Part shown: positions 24,021 to 33,953 of the stretch, piece after piece
Numbering within the stretch: the first letter of the stretch is position 1
Layout of the letters: the number at the start of each line of letters is the position of its first letter
Source: a virus
DNA: 64,000 nt
Strand: one strand, 5' to 3'
IMG/VR virus record: IMGVR_UViG_3300025141_013434
Coordinates: 1 to 64,000 of that record
The notes under the pieces: model-generated
Databases searched by the model: none
Told to the model about the DNA's origin: nothing
What the model saw: only the letters and a program-made list of their open reading frames with translations
Program-made: the position numbers and the translations under genes

Positions 24021-27000
24021 CTATGCCAATAACTTAAATTCTGAAGAAAGCTTTCTAGAACTGAATCCCCATTGAGGGTGGTAACTCAGCTTTGCCATGT
24101 AAGGCCTATTGATATGAATGAAGTCCTTATCTGGCCTAACGCCCCAACACTTTATAGACCTGATTTCGCTATTGCTGTCTATAACTCTTACGATATAATA
24201 ATCTTTATTATTCTTCGTTTTCTTTTTAATAATTTCTCTTGGTATGAACCATACGACTCGTAAATCCCTATCATATTCGCTAATAGGAGGCACGTAAAGC
24301 TCGCTTAGGCGACGGCGCAGGTTCTCGTCCATGACTAGATTCATCGGGAACACACCCGTCAAATCCACCAAATATTCAATCTTCTCTTCTTCCGTAAAGT
24401 CTCCTTCTTCGACATATCTCTCAATATTGTCAGTCAGGTTCTTTTCTTTCCTCGGTCGATCGACTGCGACGGCAGACCAAAAGTGCTTAAGGCCCTGGAA
24501 CCTCTCATCCATCAAGGGGTTTAGTGCCTGAGACCTCACCAGGACGTCCAAGGCCTTCTTGTTTAATTTACTGTAAATTATCTCCTCATTGAAGAGAAAT
24601 TCCTCGATTTTATTAAACGGCCTATTATTTATAATCTGCTCAATCGCCTTTTCACCAAGACCCTTTATTGATGTCAAGGGTTGGATCAAAGTCTCGCCGG
24701 CGGGTGAGATCTCCCAAACCGCACCAGAAGTATTTATGTTCAGCGGCTCTATGTCGAACCCAAAACTCTTGGCAACATTTATTGCCTTTTCTTTGCGAGA
24801 GTCTGGCTCCTTATCTAAGAATGCTGCGACCCACTCAGAAGGGAAATAGTTTAATAACCAAGCACACTGATAAGAAAGCATGCAGTATGATACAGCATGA
24901 GACTTGTTAAAGCCGTACCCAGAAAAATACTCGAACTTCTCCCATAATTCCTTGGCTTCATATTTTTTAATTCCTTTTTCTAAACAACCTTCAAGAAACT
25001 TAGAATAGATCTTATCCTTTTCTTCCTGAACAGCTCCGGTGCCTTTCTTAGTTAGTAGCTTCCTTAATTTATTACCCTCATCTAGAGAAAGATCCTTTCC
25101 TAGTTTGTGGGCTAGTAATGCAATTTGCTCTTGAAAAATCAAGAAACCAAAGGTTTCACCGGTTACATCCTTCACTACATCATTTAAGTATTCTACTTCC
25201 AGGGGGCTCCTCTTGGCGTCTATAAACTGTCTATCTACTCCCGCGGACAGTGGTCCGGGTCGATAAATAGAAGTAATGGCAGCCAACTCAATTATATTAT
25301 TAGGCTTTGCCCTTTTGCAAAAGGATTGCGCTCCAGTTTCTGTAAACTGAAATACGCCTGCCCACTTGCCATCATGAAATATGTTCTTCCAGACATCCTT
25401 GTCACTCAAGTCCAAAACTTCAGGATGCAAGTTTTCGTCATAATATTTCTTGACATCTGCAAAAGAAGGACTGTCGTTTCCATGATGTCTCTTTAGAATA
25501 TGCCTGATAGCACCCTCGATCATTCGAAGAGAAGCTAAGCCCAAGATATCAAACTTGATAAATCCCATGGGCTCTAGGTGCCTAACATTTTGGCCTTCAC
25601 TCCAAGGGGTTTGTCGAATGCCACCGCTGTTAATCAAAGGCATCCACTCGTCAAGGTTCTCTCCAACAACAACACCACCGGCGTGCCTACTGGCAGATCT
25701 TACTTGACCGTATAAAGCCTCTATGTGTGTTTTAATGTGCGGGTACTTTTTCAAGAACGCCTTTAAGCTTTCCGAGTAAAGCATTAATTCCTCAAAAGTT
25801 GGAACGTACACTCCTGCTGTAATACCGTGGGCTTTCTTTGCAAGGGGCGTAGCTTCGTACATCATTTTGCCAGTTACGCTGTTAACCTCAACAAAAGGTA
25901 CGCCATAGAATTTGGAGATATCCTTAATAAGAGACCTAAGTTGCAGTGTGTTCCAGTTGGTAATTGGAACCACAGTGTTATCACCCCACTCCTCTATGAG
26001 TTCTTCTTTGAGGGACATCGGATCTGCTACGTCATAATCAATATCTGGATAGCCCGAGCCGCCGACCGTCAAAAATCTCTCGAACTGAAGGCCATACTTA
26101 ATCGGGTCGACTTGTGTAATTCCGAGTACATAAGCAACTAGTGAACCTGCTGCAGAGCCGCGGCCTGGACCAACCAATTGCTTCTCTGTGGCCCGGTCTG
26201 CAATGGCCTTCATTGTCAAGAAATATTTACTAAACCCTCGGCCGTCGATGACTTCGATCTCCCTCTTTAGCCTAGAAGCATATTCTAAATTGTTTCCCAA
26301 CCCGAGAGTCCTAACACCTTCCATACATAACTTAGCAAGGGCTGCTCCCGGGGTTGTATCGGCAGGTACAACAAAGTCAGGTAAACGCACAGTATTATCT
26401 GGCATAAAGCTTTCTATCATCTCATGTGCTATGAAATGCGTCTTCTTTATGGAATCAAGGACCAGTTCGTCGTCGTATTCTTCTTCGCAGTCTTTAGAAT
26501 ACTTTTTGTAAGATTCCCACATTTGATCCCCGTTCTTGGGGTAAAGCTCATAACCGATCTCTTCAACATCGATTGGAAGCTCATTACCCATCCATTCCGG
26601 GCGCTTGCCAAGCCAGCCGAGGCGCTTATACAGTTCCCTATCTTTCCACGCTTCTGGACTATAATAGTGGCTGTCTGCAGTTGAGATAAGCGGAACGCCA
26701 AACTCGCGATGCATTTGAATAATATACCTGTTTAGATCATGCTGTTCCGGGATATTGTTCCATTGCAACTCTCCGAACCATCTATCGCCAAAAATTGATT
26801 GCATCTTTTGAGTGGTTTGTCTCATCGCGTTCAGAACTGCGTCTTCGCCGTCTTCTCTATTTTCCCGCATGGCGACAGCATAGACGCCGCCCAAGCATGC
26901 GCTAGCGGCAATTACACCCTCACTATGCCTTTTAAGGGCTGCATAGTCAACCCGGGGAAACCTATAATAGTTCTCCGCTTGGTAGCTGCTGGAAATAAGC

Positions 27001-27470
27001 TTAAATATGTTCTTTAATCCCGTTGGATTTTGAGCTAGCAAGATTAAGTGGCTTTTGCGATTTAGAAGACTCTTAACCGCCTTTTTAGATCCTTCGTCTT
27101 CGACAGTAGCGCCTGACTGTGTGTCTTCCAGGGATGACTTGTTTTTTGCCTTTTCTCTTGCCTGTTCATAGTCCTTTCTCCAGTTAGAGATAGAGGGAAT
27201 AAAATAGGCCTCGACACCGAAAATAGGCTTGAACTCCTTACCATCCTTCTTCATCTTCTTTGCGTGAAGAACTTGATATGCAAGTCCGTTTGCGTTGCCA
27301 TGATCTGTTAGTGCTAATGCATCCATTCCGTTGCCATATGCGAAATCCATATGCTCTGCAGGATATCCCAGGGCGTCAAAAATACTCCCAGCGACTGAAT
27401 GTGCATGCAAACCCACGAAGGGAATTTTTGAATTTTTACGTTCCACCTTGTTATTCAATTGGTGCTCCAA
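24021..27470 (-). CDS. dnaE: DNA polymerase III alpha subunit (family C) with apparently intact PHP domain
   Basis: LHAHS, TDHG, SACLGG, DSHY (PHP); GRGSAAGSLVAY, PDIDYD, KFDILGL, YGFNKSH. Confidence 0.97.
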   Translation of the reverse strand: MEHQLNNKVERKNSKIPFVGLHAHSVAGSIFDALGYPAEHMDFAYGNGMDALALTDHGNANGLAYQVLHAKKMKKDGKEFKPIFGVEAYFIPSISNWRKDYEQAREKAKNKSSLEDTQSGATVEDEGSKKAVKSLLNRKSHLILLAQNPTGLKNIFKLISSSYQAENYYRFPRVDYAALKRHSEGVIAASACLGGVYAVAMRENREDGEDAVLNAMRQTTQKMQSIFGDRWFGELQWNNIPEQHDLNRYIIQMHREFGVPLISTADSHYYSPEAWKDRELYKRLGWLGKRPEWMGNELPIDVEEIGYELYPKNGDQMWESYKKYSKDCEEEYDDELVLDSIKKTHFIAHEMIESFMPDNTVRLPDFVVPADTTPGAALAKLCMEGVRTLGLGNNLEYASRLKREIEVIDGRGFSKYFLTMKAIADRATEKQLVGPGRGSAAGSLVAYVLGITQVDPIKYGLQFERFLTVGGSGYPDIDYDVADPMSLKEELIEEWGDNTVVPITNWNTLQLRSLIKDISKFYGVPFVEVNSVTGKMMYEATPLAKKAHGITAGVYVPTFEELMLYSESLKAFLKKYPHIKTHIEALYGQVRSASRHAGGVVVGENLDEWMPLINSGGIRQTPWSEGQNVRHLEPMGFIKFDILGLASLRMIEGAIRHILKRHHGNDSPSFADVKKYYDENLHPEVLDLSDKDVWKNIFHDGKWAGVFQFTETGAQSFCKRAKPNNIIELAAITSIYRPGPLSAGVDRQFIDAKRSPLEVEYLNDVVKDVTGETFGFLIFQEQIALLAHKLGKDLSLDEGNKLRKLLTKKGTGAVQEEKDKIYSKFLEGCLEKGIKKYEAKELWEKFEYFSGYGFNKSHAVSYCMLSYQCAWLLNYFPSEWVAAFLDKEPDSRKEKAINVAKSFGFDIEPLNINTSGAVWEISPAGETLIQPLTSIKGLGEKAIEQIINNRPFNKIEEFLFNEEIIYSKLNKKALDVLVRSQALNPLMDERFQGLKHFWSAVAVDRPRKEKNLTDNIERYVEEGDFTEEEKIEYLVDLTGVFPMNLVMDENLRRRLSELYVPPISEYDRDLRVVWFIPREIIKKKTKNNKDYYIVRVIDSNSEIRSIKCWGVRPDKDFIHINRPYMAKLSYHPQWGFSSRKLSSEFKLLA

Positions 27471-28335
27471 TTTTGCTATATTTTGATTTTTTAAACATCG
27501 ATGCTGAAGGCCTTTTTAGTTTGTCGCTTTCTGAACTTTTCCAGAAGTCCTTCAAACCCTCCCATGTATCTGTCCTGTGATACCAAGGCAATTCAAGCTT
27601 TTTAGACTCTACAATATTACCACATCCAAATATTTTGTCAAGTGTAAAATGCCTAGAAGACCATCTTTCTTCTGGCGGGAGACTTTTATCCCCCAATGTA
27701 CAACTTTCCTTTATCGACCTCACGTATTCTTTGTATTCCTCTCCACTCATCGTAAAGCCTAAATATTCCCCATCTCTTACAGTCTTGCCCTGAAAAGACA
27801 AAAAGAAAGGATCCTTATGGGAAATCTGCTTTCTGTAGCTAGAGACCGTTTCCGGTGGATAGACCCCGTATGGGAAAGTTATGTAATATCGGCTTGGCAC
27901 TAACCACTTGCTTATTTTATTACTAATTACAAATGCGTTAAGAGCGCCATGGAGCGCAGCCCACCCAAGGCTGTCTCGGCGGTCACGGTCCTTGGGGTGA
28001 ATCGGGCAATAAAATATGGGAATTTGCCTTCTGTGTTCGCTGGGAAATTTTACAAAATTCGACTTTGATAGGTAATATGGATCTTCTATGTAGTCACCCA
28101 TCCTATGTCTAATGAGCGGCTGCATGTCGTCGTTGCAAACAACCCATATCGTCTCGCAGCCCGCATAGGCACACTCTATAATGGCGCGTTCAACCAAGAG
28201 GTAATTTTCATTAATCGGCTGCATGCAGTCGTGCCAGGGAAAATCAAAATCTAGCTTTTGGCCAGCAACTGGAACAATTCCTGCCAAATGGAAAGCCTTT
28301 ATGTTTTCAGATCCGGGCTCCAGCATATTTTTCAA
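27451..28335 (-). CDS. divergent sugar-phosphate nucleotidyltransferase-fold protein
   Basis: GIVPVAG...MQPINENYLLVERAIIECAYAGCETIWVV resembles the NTP_transferase N-terminus, but the GxGTR and K motifs are altered. Confidence 0.6.
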   Translation of the reverse strand: MKNMLEPGSENIKAFHLAGIVPVAGQKLDFDFPWHDCMQPINENYLLVERAIIECAYAGCETIWVVCNDDMQPLIRHRMGDYIEDPYYLSKSNFVKFPSEHRRQIPIFYCPIHPKDRDRRDSLGWAALHGALNAFVISNKISKWLVPSRYYITFPYGVYPPETVSSYRKQISHKDPFFLSFQGKTVRDGEYLGFTMSGEEYKEYVRSIKESCTLGDKSLPPEERWSSRHFTLDKIFGCGNIVESKKLELPWYHRTDTWEGLKDFWKSSESDKLKRPSASMFKKSKYSKIGAPIE

Positions 28336-29125
28336 TTATTTCTTTTTCTGTTAAGTCCAAAAACTTAACATTTTCTAAATCTCTATATTTTGTTTTTGAA
28401 ATCTTGAGAACTTCCCTGTAAGAGGGCTCAACCTTCACGCTATATCTTTTCGGTTTATCACCCGGATTGACACCACTCTTCGCTCCTTTGATTCCGTTCC
28501 TTCTCATTAGATCTTCTACTTTAAATTTCACCATCGTATCAGAGTAGTTAAAATCCGAAATCTGCTGTTTTGTTAAATAAGAAACCGCGACGAGATCCTT
28601 TTTGTTGTGCTTACCGTCAATGCGCTCTGACTTGTAAAAGTGAACCTTATTTACGAAGTCGTCACTAGTGTCTATAATCTCAATATCGTGCACCGACCCA
28701 GATCTAACATTTACCCAATCTAAAACCCTGTATCTATCTGGTTGATCTGGCAGGGGATCTACAATTTCTGCCTGTATTTGTACACTGTCCGAGTCAAAAA
28801 TAAAACAATTATCAAATTTATTTTTTATCACAGAAGATTCTCTAATTGTAATACTTATATTATTCCCTGAGATGCGAATGGAACTGACGTCCTTGCCATA
28901 AGGAGAGAGACCGTTCATACCCATCTCGAATAAAAGAGTCGACCATATTGTGCGCTTTCGGCGTGTTGGTACACTAATCTTCCCTATATCTACGTCTTTT
29001 GAGAGCTTGTCGAATCGAAACGGGCCGCGGTGAGATGGTAAGAGAATCGTGTAATCATTTAAATAAGCAAACAAAATAGCGGGAAGGCCATTCCCTATTA
29101 CTATGTTTCTGTGGTTCATATGCAA
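28307..29125 (-). CDS. hypothetical protein with degenerate Rossmann (dinucleotide-binding) start
   Basis: NIVIGNGLPAILFAY resembles xVIGxGxxGLxxA. Confidence 0.55.
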   Translation of the reverse strand: MHMNHRNIVIGNGLPAILFAYLNDYTILLPSHRGPFRFDKLSKDVDIGKISVPTRRKRTIWSTLLFEMGMNGLSPYGKDVSSIRISGNNISITIRESSVIKNKFDNCFIFDSDSVQIQAEIVDPLPDQPDRYRVLDWVNVRSGSVHDIEIIDTSDDFVNKVHFYKSERIDGKHNKKDLVAVSYLTKQQISDFNYSDTMVKFKVEDLMRRNGIKGAKSGVNPGDKPKRYSVKVEPSYREVLKISKTKYRDLENVKFLDLTEKEIIEKYAGARI

Positions 29126-31191
29126 AGATTATCTTTTGTCATCATACACATCACCCGCTTATATAGTGATGGCTTTTTATCAACTGGGCCAAGGCATGCC
29201 ATTTCAGGCTCTTCCCCCTCCTCTTCATCATCTTCTTGAAGGCATGCCGCCTCATCTATTGCGGTTTGTACAGCCTCGGAAATGGTCCTCTCATTTCGAG
29301 CGCCGGCGCGTCTGGTGATTGCCGAATAGTACTCCGCACCTGCAGCAATGAGGTTCTGGTAGCTATCTCGTACCCATTGATCTGGTGTGCCAATTATAAA
29401 TGCCATCCCTTGCGATCTCCTCATAGCGTCGACAACTTCAGCTTCATCCCAAAAATCTCCTTGGGCGGGCTCATCACCCATGACCACAACTATTCTGTGG
29501 TTCATGGCAGATAGATCAATAGAGTGCACTGGATTGTTGGGATCATTGGTGTTCCACACTATATCATCTGGTGTGCCGTCTTGGTCCCAGTCAATTAAAT
29601 CATCTGTAAAAAAGTCGCCCATTGCATCGAAAGTGTTCTCGGAACTTCCTCCCTGGTTTATCGTTCCGTTTCGAAGGTTGGTCATTAAGATTGACACTGC
29701 GTTTGACATGTCATCATTTGAAAACGCATCAAAGCCGGGGACGCAAGTATGGGCCGGGACAGACAAATATGGGTCAAATTGGTGGTCATTGCCCACGACC
29801 GCTAGCAAGTAACATATGTCCATTGCACCTTCGTCAAACAAGTTTTGTATGGTATTGGTGATCGATGTAAAGGCCTCATTAAGTTCATCTGCTTGCATTG
29901 ATCCTGATATGTCCATAACTACCATGACTGCGACGGTACCTTGATTAAAGCCTTCGTCTGGAATACCATCACAATCATCATCGATATCGTTACATCTCTC
30001 GTTGGCTGGTAGTATTTCTTGTAAGCATTCGAAATACCCCCACTCAGCTTCACCTTCATCATCCTGCCTCTCGTCACAGAAGGCCAGACCGACCCTACAA
30101 TGATTTCCAACGTACTGTGGGCCATCCTCTCTCCTGTCGAATGTGTTTATTTCGCCAGTAAGTACATCTGTAGCGCATAGTGTAGTTAAGGGCCCGCCAT
30201 TTGGACCTTCGTCGATTTGGCCGTCGCAGTCTTCATCAATACCGTTACAAACCTCTGGTTGAGGGACGTAAGTTGGGTTTCCGCACTCGCAGTTCCCGAG
30301 ACCCTCATCTACTTGACCATCACAGTCGTTGTCGATATAGTCGCACAACTCGGACGGGAGATCTCCACACAAACCACACGCATTCAGAAAACCCTCATCT
30401 ACTTGACCATCACAGTCGTTGTCGATGTCGTCACAAGTCTCATCTGGAAGTTCTCCACAACGGAAACACGCATTAAGTAGGCCCTCATCGGTCAGGCCGT
30501 CGCAGTCATTGTCAAGACTATCACAAACTTCTTCTGGCAGGGGAGCGCATTGACCACAGGCGTTGGTCACACCCTCATCGGTGCTACCATCACAGTCGTT
30601 GTCTAAGAGATCACAAGCCTCGTCTCTCGGCATTTGCTGGCCAACACAGCGGTGATAGCCCCACCCAAAGTCTTGGTCCAATTCACAGGTCCTAGTGCCG
30701 CCTACACATAAACCAACTTTAAGAGTTTCGAGGGGCGCGTCATAACAAGGTTGAGAAAGCGTATTATTCTGACTAGTGCCAGGAGCCTCATTTATGCTAC
30801 CGTCGCAGTCATCGTCCATACGATTGCATACTTCCATCCTAGGATTTACTACTTGCCGGCAAGAAGACCATTCTGTAATTAAACAACTTCTTTCCCCATA
30901 GGAACATGGGCCCTGAAGGTTCACGATCTGGCACGGATCCGTAGCTCCCGCGGGAGTACAGACTACTGGAGGCCCAGCATCTACTTCTGCGTCTACTTCT
31001 GCGTCTACTGCAGCATCCCATTCTGGTATCCCTGCATCAACAATGGCGTCCGGATCGCTGGATGCATCTCTTACTGGTGAAGGCAAAAAAAGATCAGGGC
31101 CCGAAGACCATGGTGATGCGGACCTATCCTCACAAGATAGCGTAAAAATAGACAATGCTACTGTAATAATGCTGATTAATTTTTTGTTCAT
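29116..31191 (-). CDS. surface lipoprotein: DA-rich linker, 7 ExCxxxDxDCDGxxDE (MopE-type metal-binding) repeats, C-terminal VWA domain
   Basis: TLSC lipobox-like site; VDAEVDAEVDAG linker; seven Cys/Asp repeats; MIDAS DISGS...T...MGDE. Confidence 0.85.
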   Translation of the reverse strand: MNKKLISIITVALSIFTLSCEDRSASPWSSGPDLFLPSPVRDASSDPDAIVDAGIPEWDAAVDAEVDAEVDAGPPVVCTPAGATDPCQIVNLQGPCSYGERSCLITEWSSCRQVVNPRMEVCNRMDDDCDGSINEAPGTSQNNTLSQPCYDAPLETLKVGLCVGGTRTCELDQDFGWGYHRCVGQQMPRDEACDLLDNDCDGSTDEGVTNACGQCAPLPEEVCDSLDNDCDGLTDEGLLNACFRCGELPDETCDDIDNDCDGQVDEGFLNACGLCGDLPSELCDYIDNDCDGQVDEGLGNCECGNPTYVPQPEVCNGIDEDCDGQIDEGPNGGPLTTLCATDVLTGEINTFDRREDGPQYVGNHCRVGLAFCDERQDDEGEAEWGYFECLQEILPANERCNDIDDDCDGIPDEGFNQGTVAVMVVMDISGSMQADELNEAFTSITNTIQNLFDEGAMDICYLLAVVGNDHQFDPYLSVPAHTCVPGFDAFSNDDMSNAVSILMTNLRNGTINQGGSSENTFDAMGDFFTDDLIDWDQDGTPDDIVWNTNDPNNPVHSIDLSAMNHRIVVVMGDEPAQGDFWDEAEVVDAMRRSQGMAFIIGTPDQWVRDSYQNLIAAGAEYYSAITRRAGARNERTISEAVQTAIDEAACLQEDDEEEGEEPEMACLGPVDKKPSLYKRVMCMMTKDNLCI
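30301..30426. repeat. exact 36-nt direct repeat at 90-nt spacing within the Cys/Asp repeat array
   Basis: accctcatctacttgaccatcacagtcgttgtcgat at 30301 and 30391. Confidence 0.9.
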
Positions 31192-31259
31192 GATACTGCT
31201 TCCAAATCTGGAAAAATTACCTACGAAAAAATTCTAGGATTGCAAAAATAGGCTTTTTA

Positions 31260-31574
31260 TCAACTTCTGAGAATTCCCATAACATAATTTTCCAAAATTA
31301 CATAAAACTTCTTTCTTTTGTGTGTTATTTCTTCTATCATGGATCTGTCCACAAGAATGTCTGTAGCCTCGCTAAAGCCTGGACGTAATTGACGAATGTC
31401 TTCCGTACAGTCAGGTGCTACGTCTACTACAGTAGCAGAAACCCACCTCTCCTGTTCCGGCTTATAATCTTCTGGTAGCAAAACTCCATGGTCTGTTTTG
31501 TTTTCTTTTTTGAAGTGCGGCACCACAACCAGATGCCGGTTTAGCGGCTTGAGTGATAATACTCTATTAGGCAC
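31260..31574 (-). CDS. groS: GroES-like co-chaperonin
   Basis: LKPLNRHLVV...KTDHGVLLP...ATVVDV...YVILENYVMGIL. Confidence 0.8.
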   Translation of the reverse strand: MPNRVLSLKPLNRHLVVVPHFKKENKTDHGVLLPEDYKPEQERWVSATVVDVAPDCTEDIRQLRPGFSEATDILVDRSMIEEITHKRKKFYVILENYVMGILRS

Positions 31575-31821
31575 CTCTAAATCCTTTTTTCACATGGTTG
31601 AAGATATCTGTCAGTTCTTCGAAGTCCGTATCAGTTTTCATAAGACGCCATGCCTTCACAGCCATGCGCATCTCATCTCGTGTCAGCCAATTGTTTTCAT
31701 TATAACTGCTGCGTAAGTCTCTCTTCTGTTCTTTGTAAGGCTCCATAGCCTCCTCTAAAGCAACAAAAGATTTCACATAATTAACGATATGCTCTTCCTT
31801 ACCTGTGTTTTCAGAACTCAT
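31567..31821 (-). CDS. small dsDNA-binding protein (T4 DsbA/GapR-like)
   Basis: YVKSFVALEEAMEPYKEQKRDLRSSY...MRMAVKAWRL helical pattern. Confidence 0.5.
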   Translation of the reverse strand: MSSENTGKEEHIVNYVKSFVALEEAMEPYKEQKRDLRSSYNENNWLTRDEMRMAVKAWRLMKTDTDFEELTDIFNHVKKGFRGA

Positions 31822-31846
31822 TATACTTCCTTTCATTTATATATAT

Positions 31847-31875
31847 AGTATAAAAAATTAACGCTCAATTGTCAA
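31847..31875 (-). promoter_or_regulatory. sigma70 promoter TTGACA-N17-TATACT
   Basis: Near-perfect consensus, intergenic. Confidence 0.8.
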
Positions 31876-31880
31876 GAAAA

Positions 31881-32087
31881 TTATATTTTTTCTACACCGA
31901 AGCGGCTTCGGTACCACGCTCTTTCATGAAAATAATATAAAAGAGTCTTGGTTAATAATTCGAGGCCTCCGATGGAGGCCCCAACGGCAATGTCGCCGGA
32001 TACAAGCCACCCAACTAAGACCGTGTCTAAGGTGCCTATAATTCTCCAAGTTATGGCCTTGGCGATATGACGTTTTCGCTTTATCAT
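31881..32087 (-). CDS. DUF2061-like small membrane protein
   Basis: RHIAKAITWRIIGTLDT...K..LYYFHERAW. Confidence 0.85.
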   Translation of the reverse strand: MIKRKRHIAKAITWRIIGTLDTVLVGWLVSGDIAVGASIGGLELLTKTLLYYFHERAWYRSRFGVEKI

Positions 32088-33953
32088 TTACAAATATTTA
32101 ACCTCACATGCACCGCCAGCACAGGCTAACTCGCCTTTGAGATCAGTGTTGTCGTCTGATTCCTCTATTTTATCAAGCTTAACCTCTCGCAAAGAGTCCA
32201 TCATTGCTTCGTAAGTCTCCTTAGAGCACTCCTCGAACGGAGCTTGAACATAAGTACCACCGTCATAAGGCAACACCGAAAGTCCGTTATAGTGACTTCT
32301 ATTGTCCCACATCCATTCCCCCACGTCAACCCATTCTGCATCTTTTATTGAAATTGTCGCAGAAACATTGTGTGTGTTCTGGCCCTTGCTAAACCCCGGT
32401 TTAATCCAACCATCAGTGACTTGTTTAACTCTCTTTAAGAGTTGCAGGGCCGATTCGGTCCTCAAGATAGAACCTTCTGGTGCTTTCTGCGGGATACCAA
32501 TGACAGCTGTGTCGTGTGGCCTGAAATAATCGTCCTCTACCAATTCTGGATGGAACTTGAATAGGTGATTATAAATTGGTTCATTCTTTCCTACTCTTAT
32601 TCTCCTAACGTAGTATTCAGAATGCCACGCGTGGATGCCGGAGGATGTACCCAGCACCAGTGAAGTAGTGCCTGCAGGTTTGACACAAGTTGTCCTAGCC
32701 GCTGGACGGACGCCTATCAGCTCTGCTGCGCGGGCATTTTCTTGCTTTACAACCTTCGCGGCTGCGACCATATCTAATTCTAAAACTTTTCCAGACCCGA
32801 TTCCTGTCATGGATACGCCGATAAGGGCGTCCTTTTCTGTGACTCTTCTCCATACGTCTCGCAAGTAATGAAAGTCTGTATAGCTTGCTTGTAGCGTGCC
32901 AATAAAAGTAGCAGCCCTAACCCTCTCTTCGAGGTCTTCCTGACTTTCAACATTAGATACGTTAACCTCTGTCAAGTTACAGAACTGGTTAGGCCTTAAA
33001 CCAATCTCACAGCAAGGATTGGTACCCCAGTCCTTATCATTAGAAAAGTAAAACCCTGGCTCGCCTGCGCCGGAAGCCTTTACCCTCTCCCATAGGTCCA
33101 TAAAATACTCTTTGTCGATCTTGTGTCTCAATAGGACCACCGAATTGTTCGCCCTGCCTCTCTGAGGGTTCGTCTCCCACCAGTTTCCCGTTTTTGCGGA
33201 GAGCATTGCATGATCGTCTGCAGAAAACAAAGATATGAGCGCTGCGCGCCTTATTCCGCCAGCCAAAACTGCATCAGCAATGTGACAGATAATATCGTGG
33301 ACCTCGATCGGCTCAAGCTTATCGCCGTTCTCTTTCTCCGAAAGCATTCCCTCGATCTTAACAAGACACTCTCTCAGGGGCTGTGACCCGGGTGCCTTGC
33401 CGCCAGAAGTTATTAATCTGGCCCCTTTTGGCCTAATATCCGAATAATCAAATCGTAACCTGGAACCACCGTTGAAGTAAGACCTCATGAGGGCCTTAAC
33501 TGCATCGGCCCAGCCCTCAATTGAATCGTTGACAAGAAACCTTCTAGTTCTATTGAAATTGGGTCGAGTAATTTCTGGGAGCTTTTCAACATGATGTTTT
33601 TGAACACTGTAGCCGACGCCTGTACCGCCGAGAAGGAGAAACATTGTCTCGCCAAAAGAACGCCAGTCATCTGCGGGCATATAGGCACAATTAAAAATAC
33701 GGTTAGGAGCGACCTCGATTGGCTTTCCGCCAAACTGCATAGACCTCATCGATGGTAAAACCCTCTTATCATAGACTGATTTATATGCTTTTCGTATCTG
33801 CAATTCCAGCTTGGGATACTTTTTAATATGCATATTCATATTCCGCGTCACCAATTCTTCCCAAGTTTCCCTTCTTTCTTTTTCTGGAAAGAATCTGGCA
33901 TACTTCATGTAAACAGTTATGTCTGATAAAATTTTACTCGATAGCTCCATCAT
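32088..33953 (-). CDS. nrdJ: class II (adenosylcobalamin-dependent) ribonucleotide reductase, monomeric RTPR-type
   Basis: IFNCA, GGIRRAALI, TNPCCEI, CNLTE, VKPAGTTS, C-terminal CAGGAC. Confidence 0.93.
   Translation of the reverse strand: MMELSSKILSDITVYMKYARFFPEKERRETWEELVTRNMNMHIKKYPKLELQIRKAYKSVYDKRVLPSMRSMQFGGKPIEVAPNRIFNCAYMPADDWRSFGETMFLLLGGTGVGYSVQKHHVEKLPEITRPNFNRTRRFLVNDSIEGWADAVKALMRSYFNGGSRLRFDYSDIRPKGARLITSGGKAPGSQPLRECLVKIEGMLSEKENGDKLEPIEVHDIICHIADAVLAGGIRRAALISLFSADDHAMLSAKTGNWWETNPQRGRANNSVVLLRHKIDKEYFMDLWERVKASGAGEPGFYFSNDKDWGTNPCCEIGLRPNQFCNLTEVNVSNVESQEDLEERVRAATFIGTLQASYTDFHYLRDVWRRVTEKDALIGVSMTGIGSGKVLELDMVAAAKVVKQENARAAELIGVRPAARTTCVKPAGTTSLVLGTSSGIHAWHSEYYVRRIRVGKNEPIYNHLFKFHPELVEDDYFRPHDTAVIGIPQKAPEGSILRTESALQLLKRVKQVTDGWIKPGFSKGQNTHNVSATISIKDAEWVDVGEWMWDNRSHYNGLSVLPYDGGTYVQAPFEECSKETYEAMMDSLREVKLDKIEESDDNTDLKGELACAGGACEVKYL

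Noticed and set aside
31200-31258. Possible fifth ECF-like promoter upstream of the VWA lipoprotein (TTGCAAT...CGTAGG)
   Set aside because: Both the boxes and the spacing deviate from the four-copy consensus.
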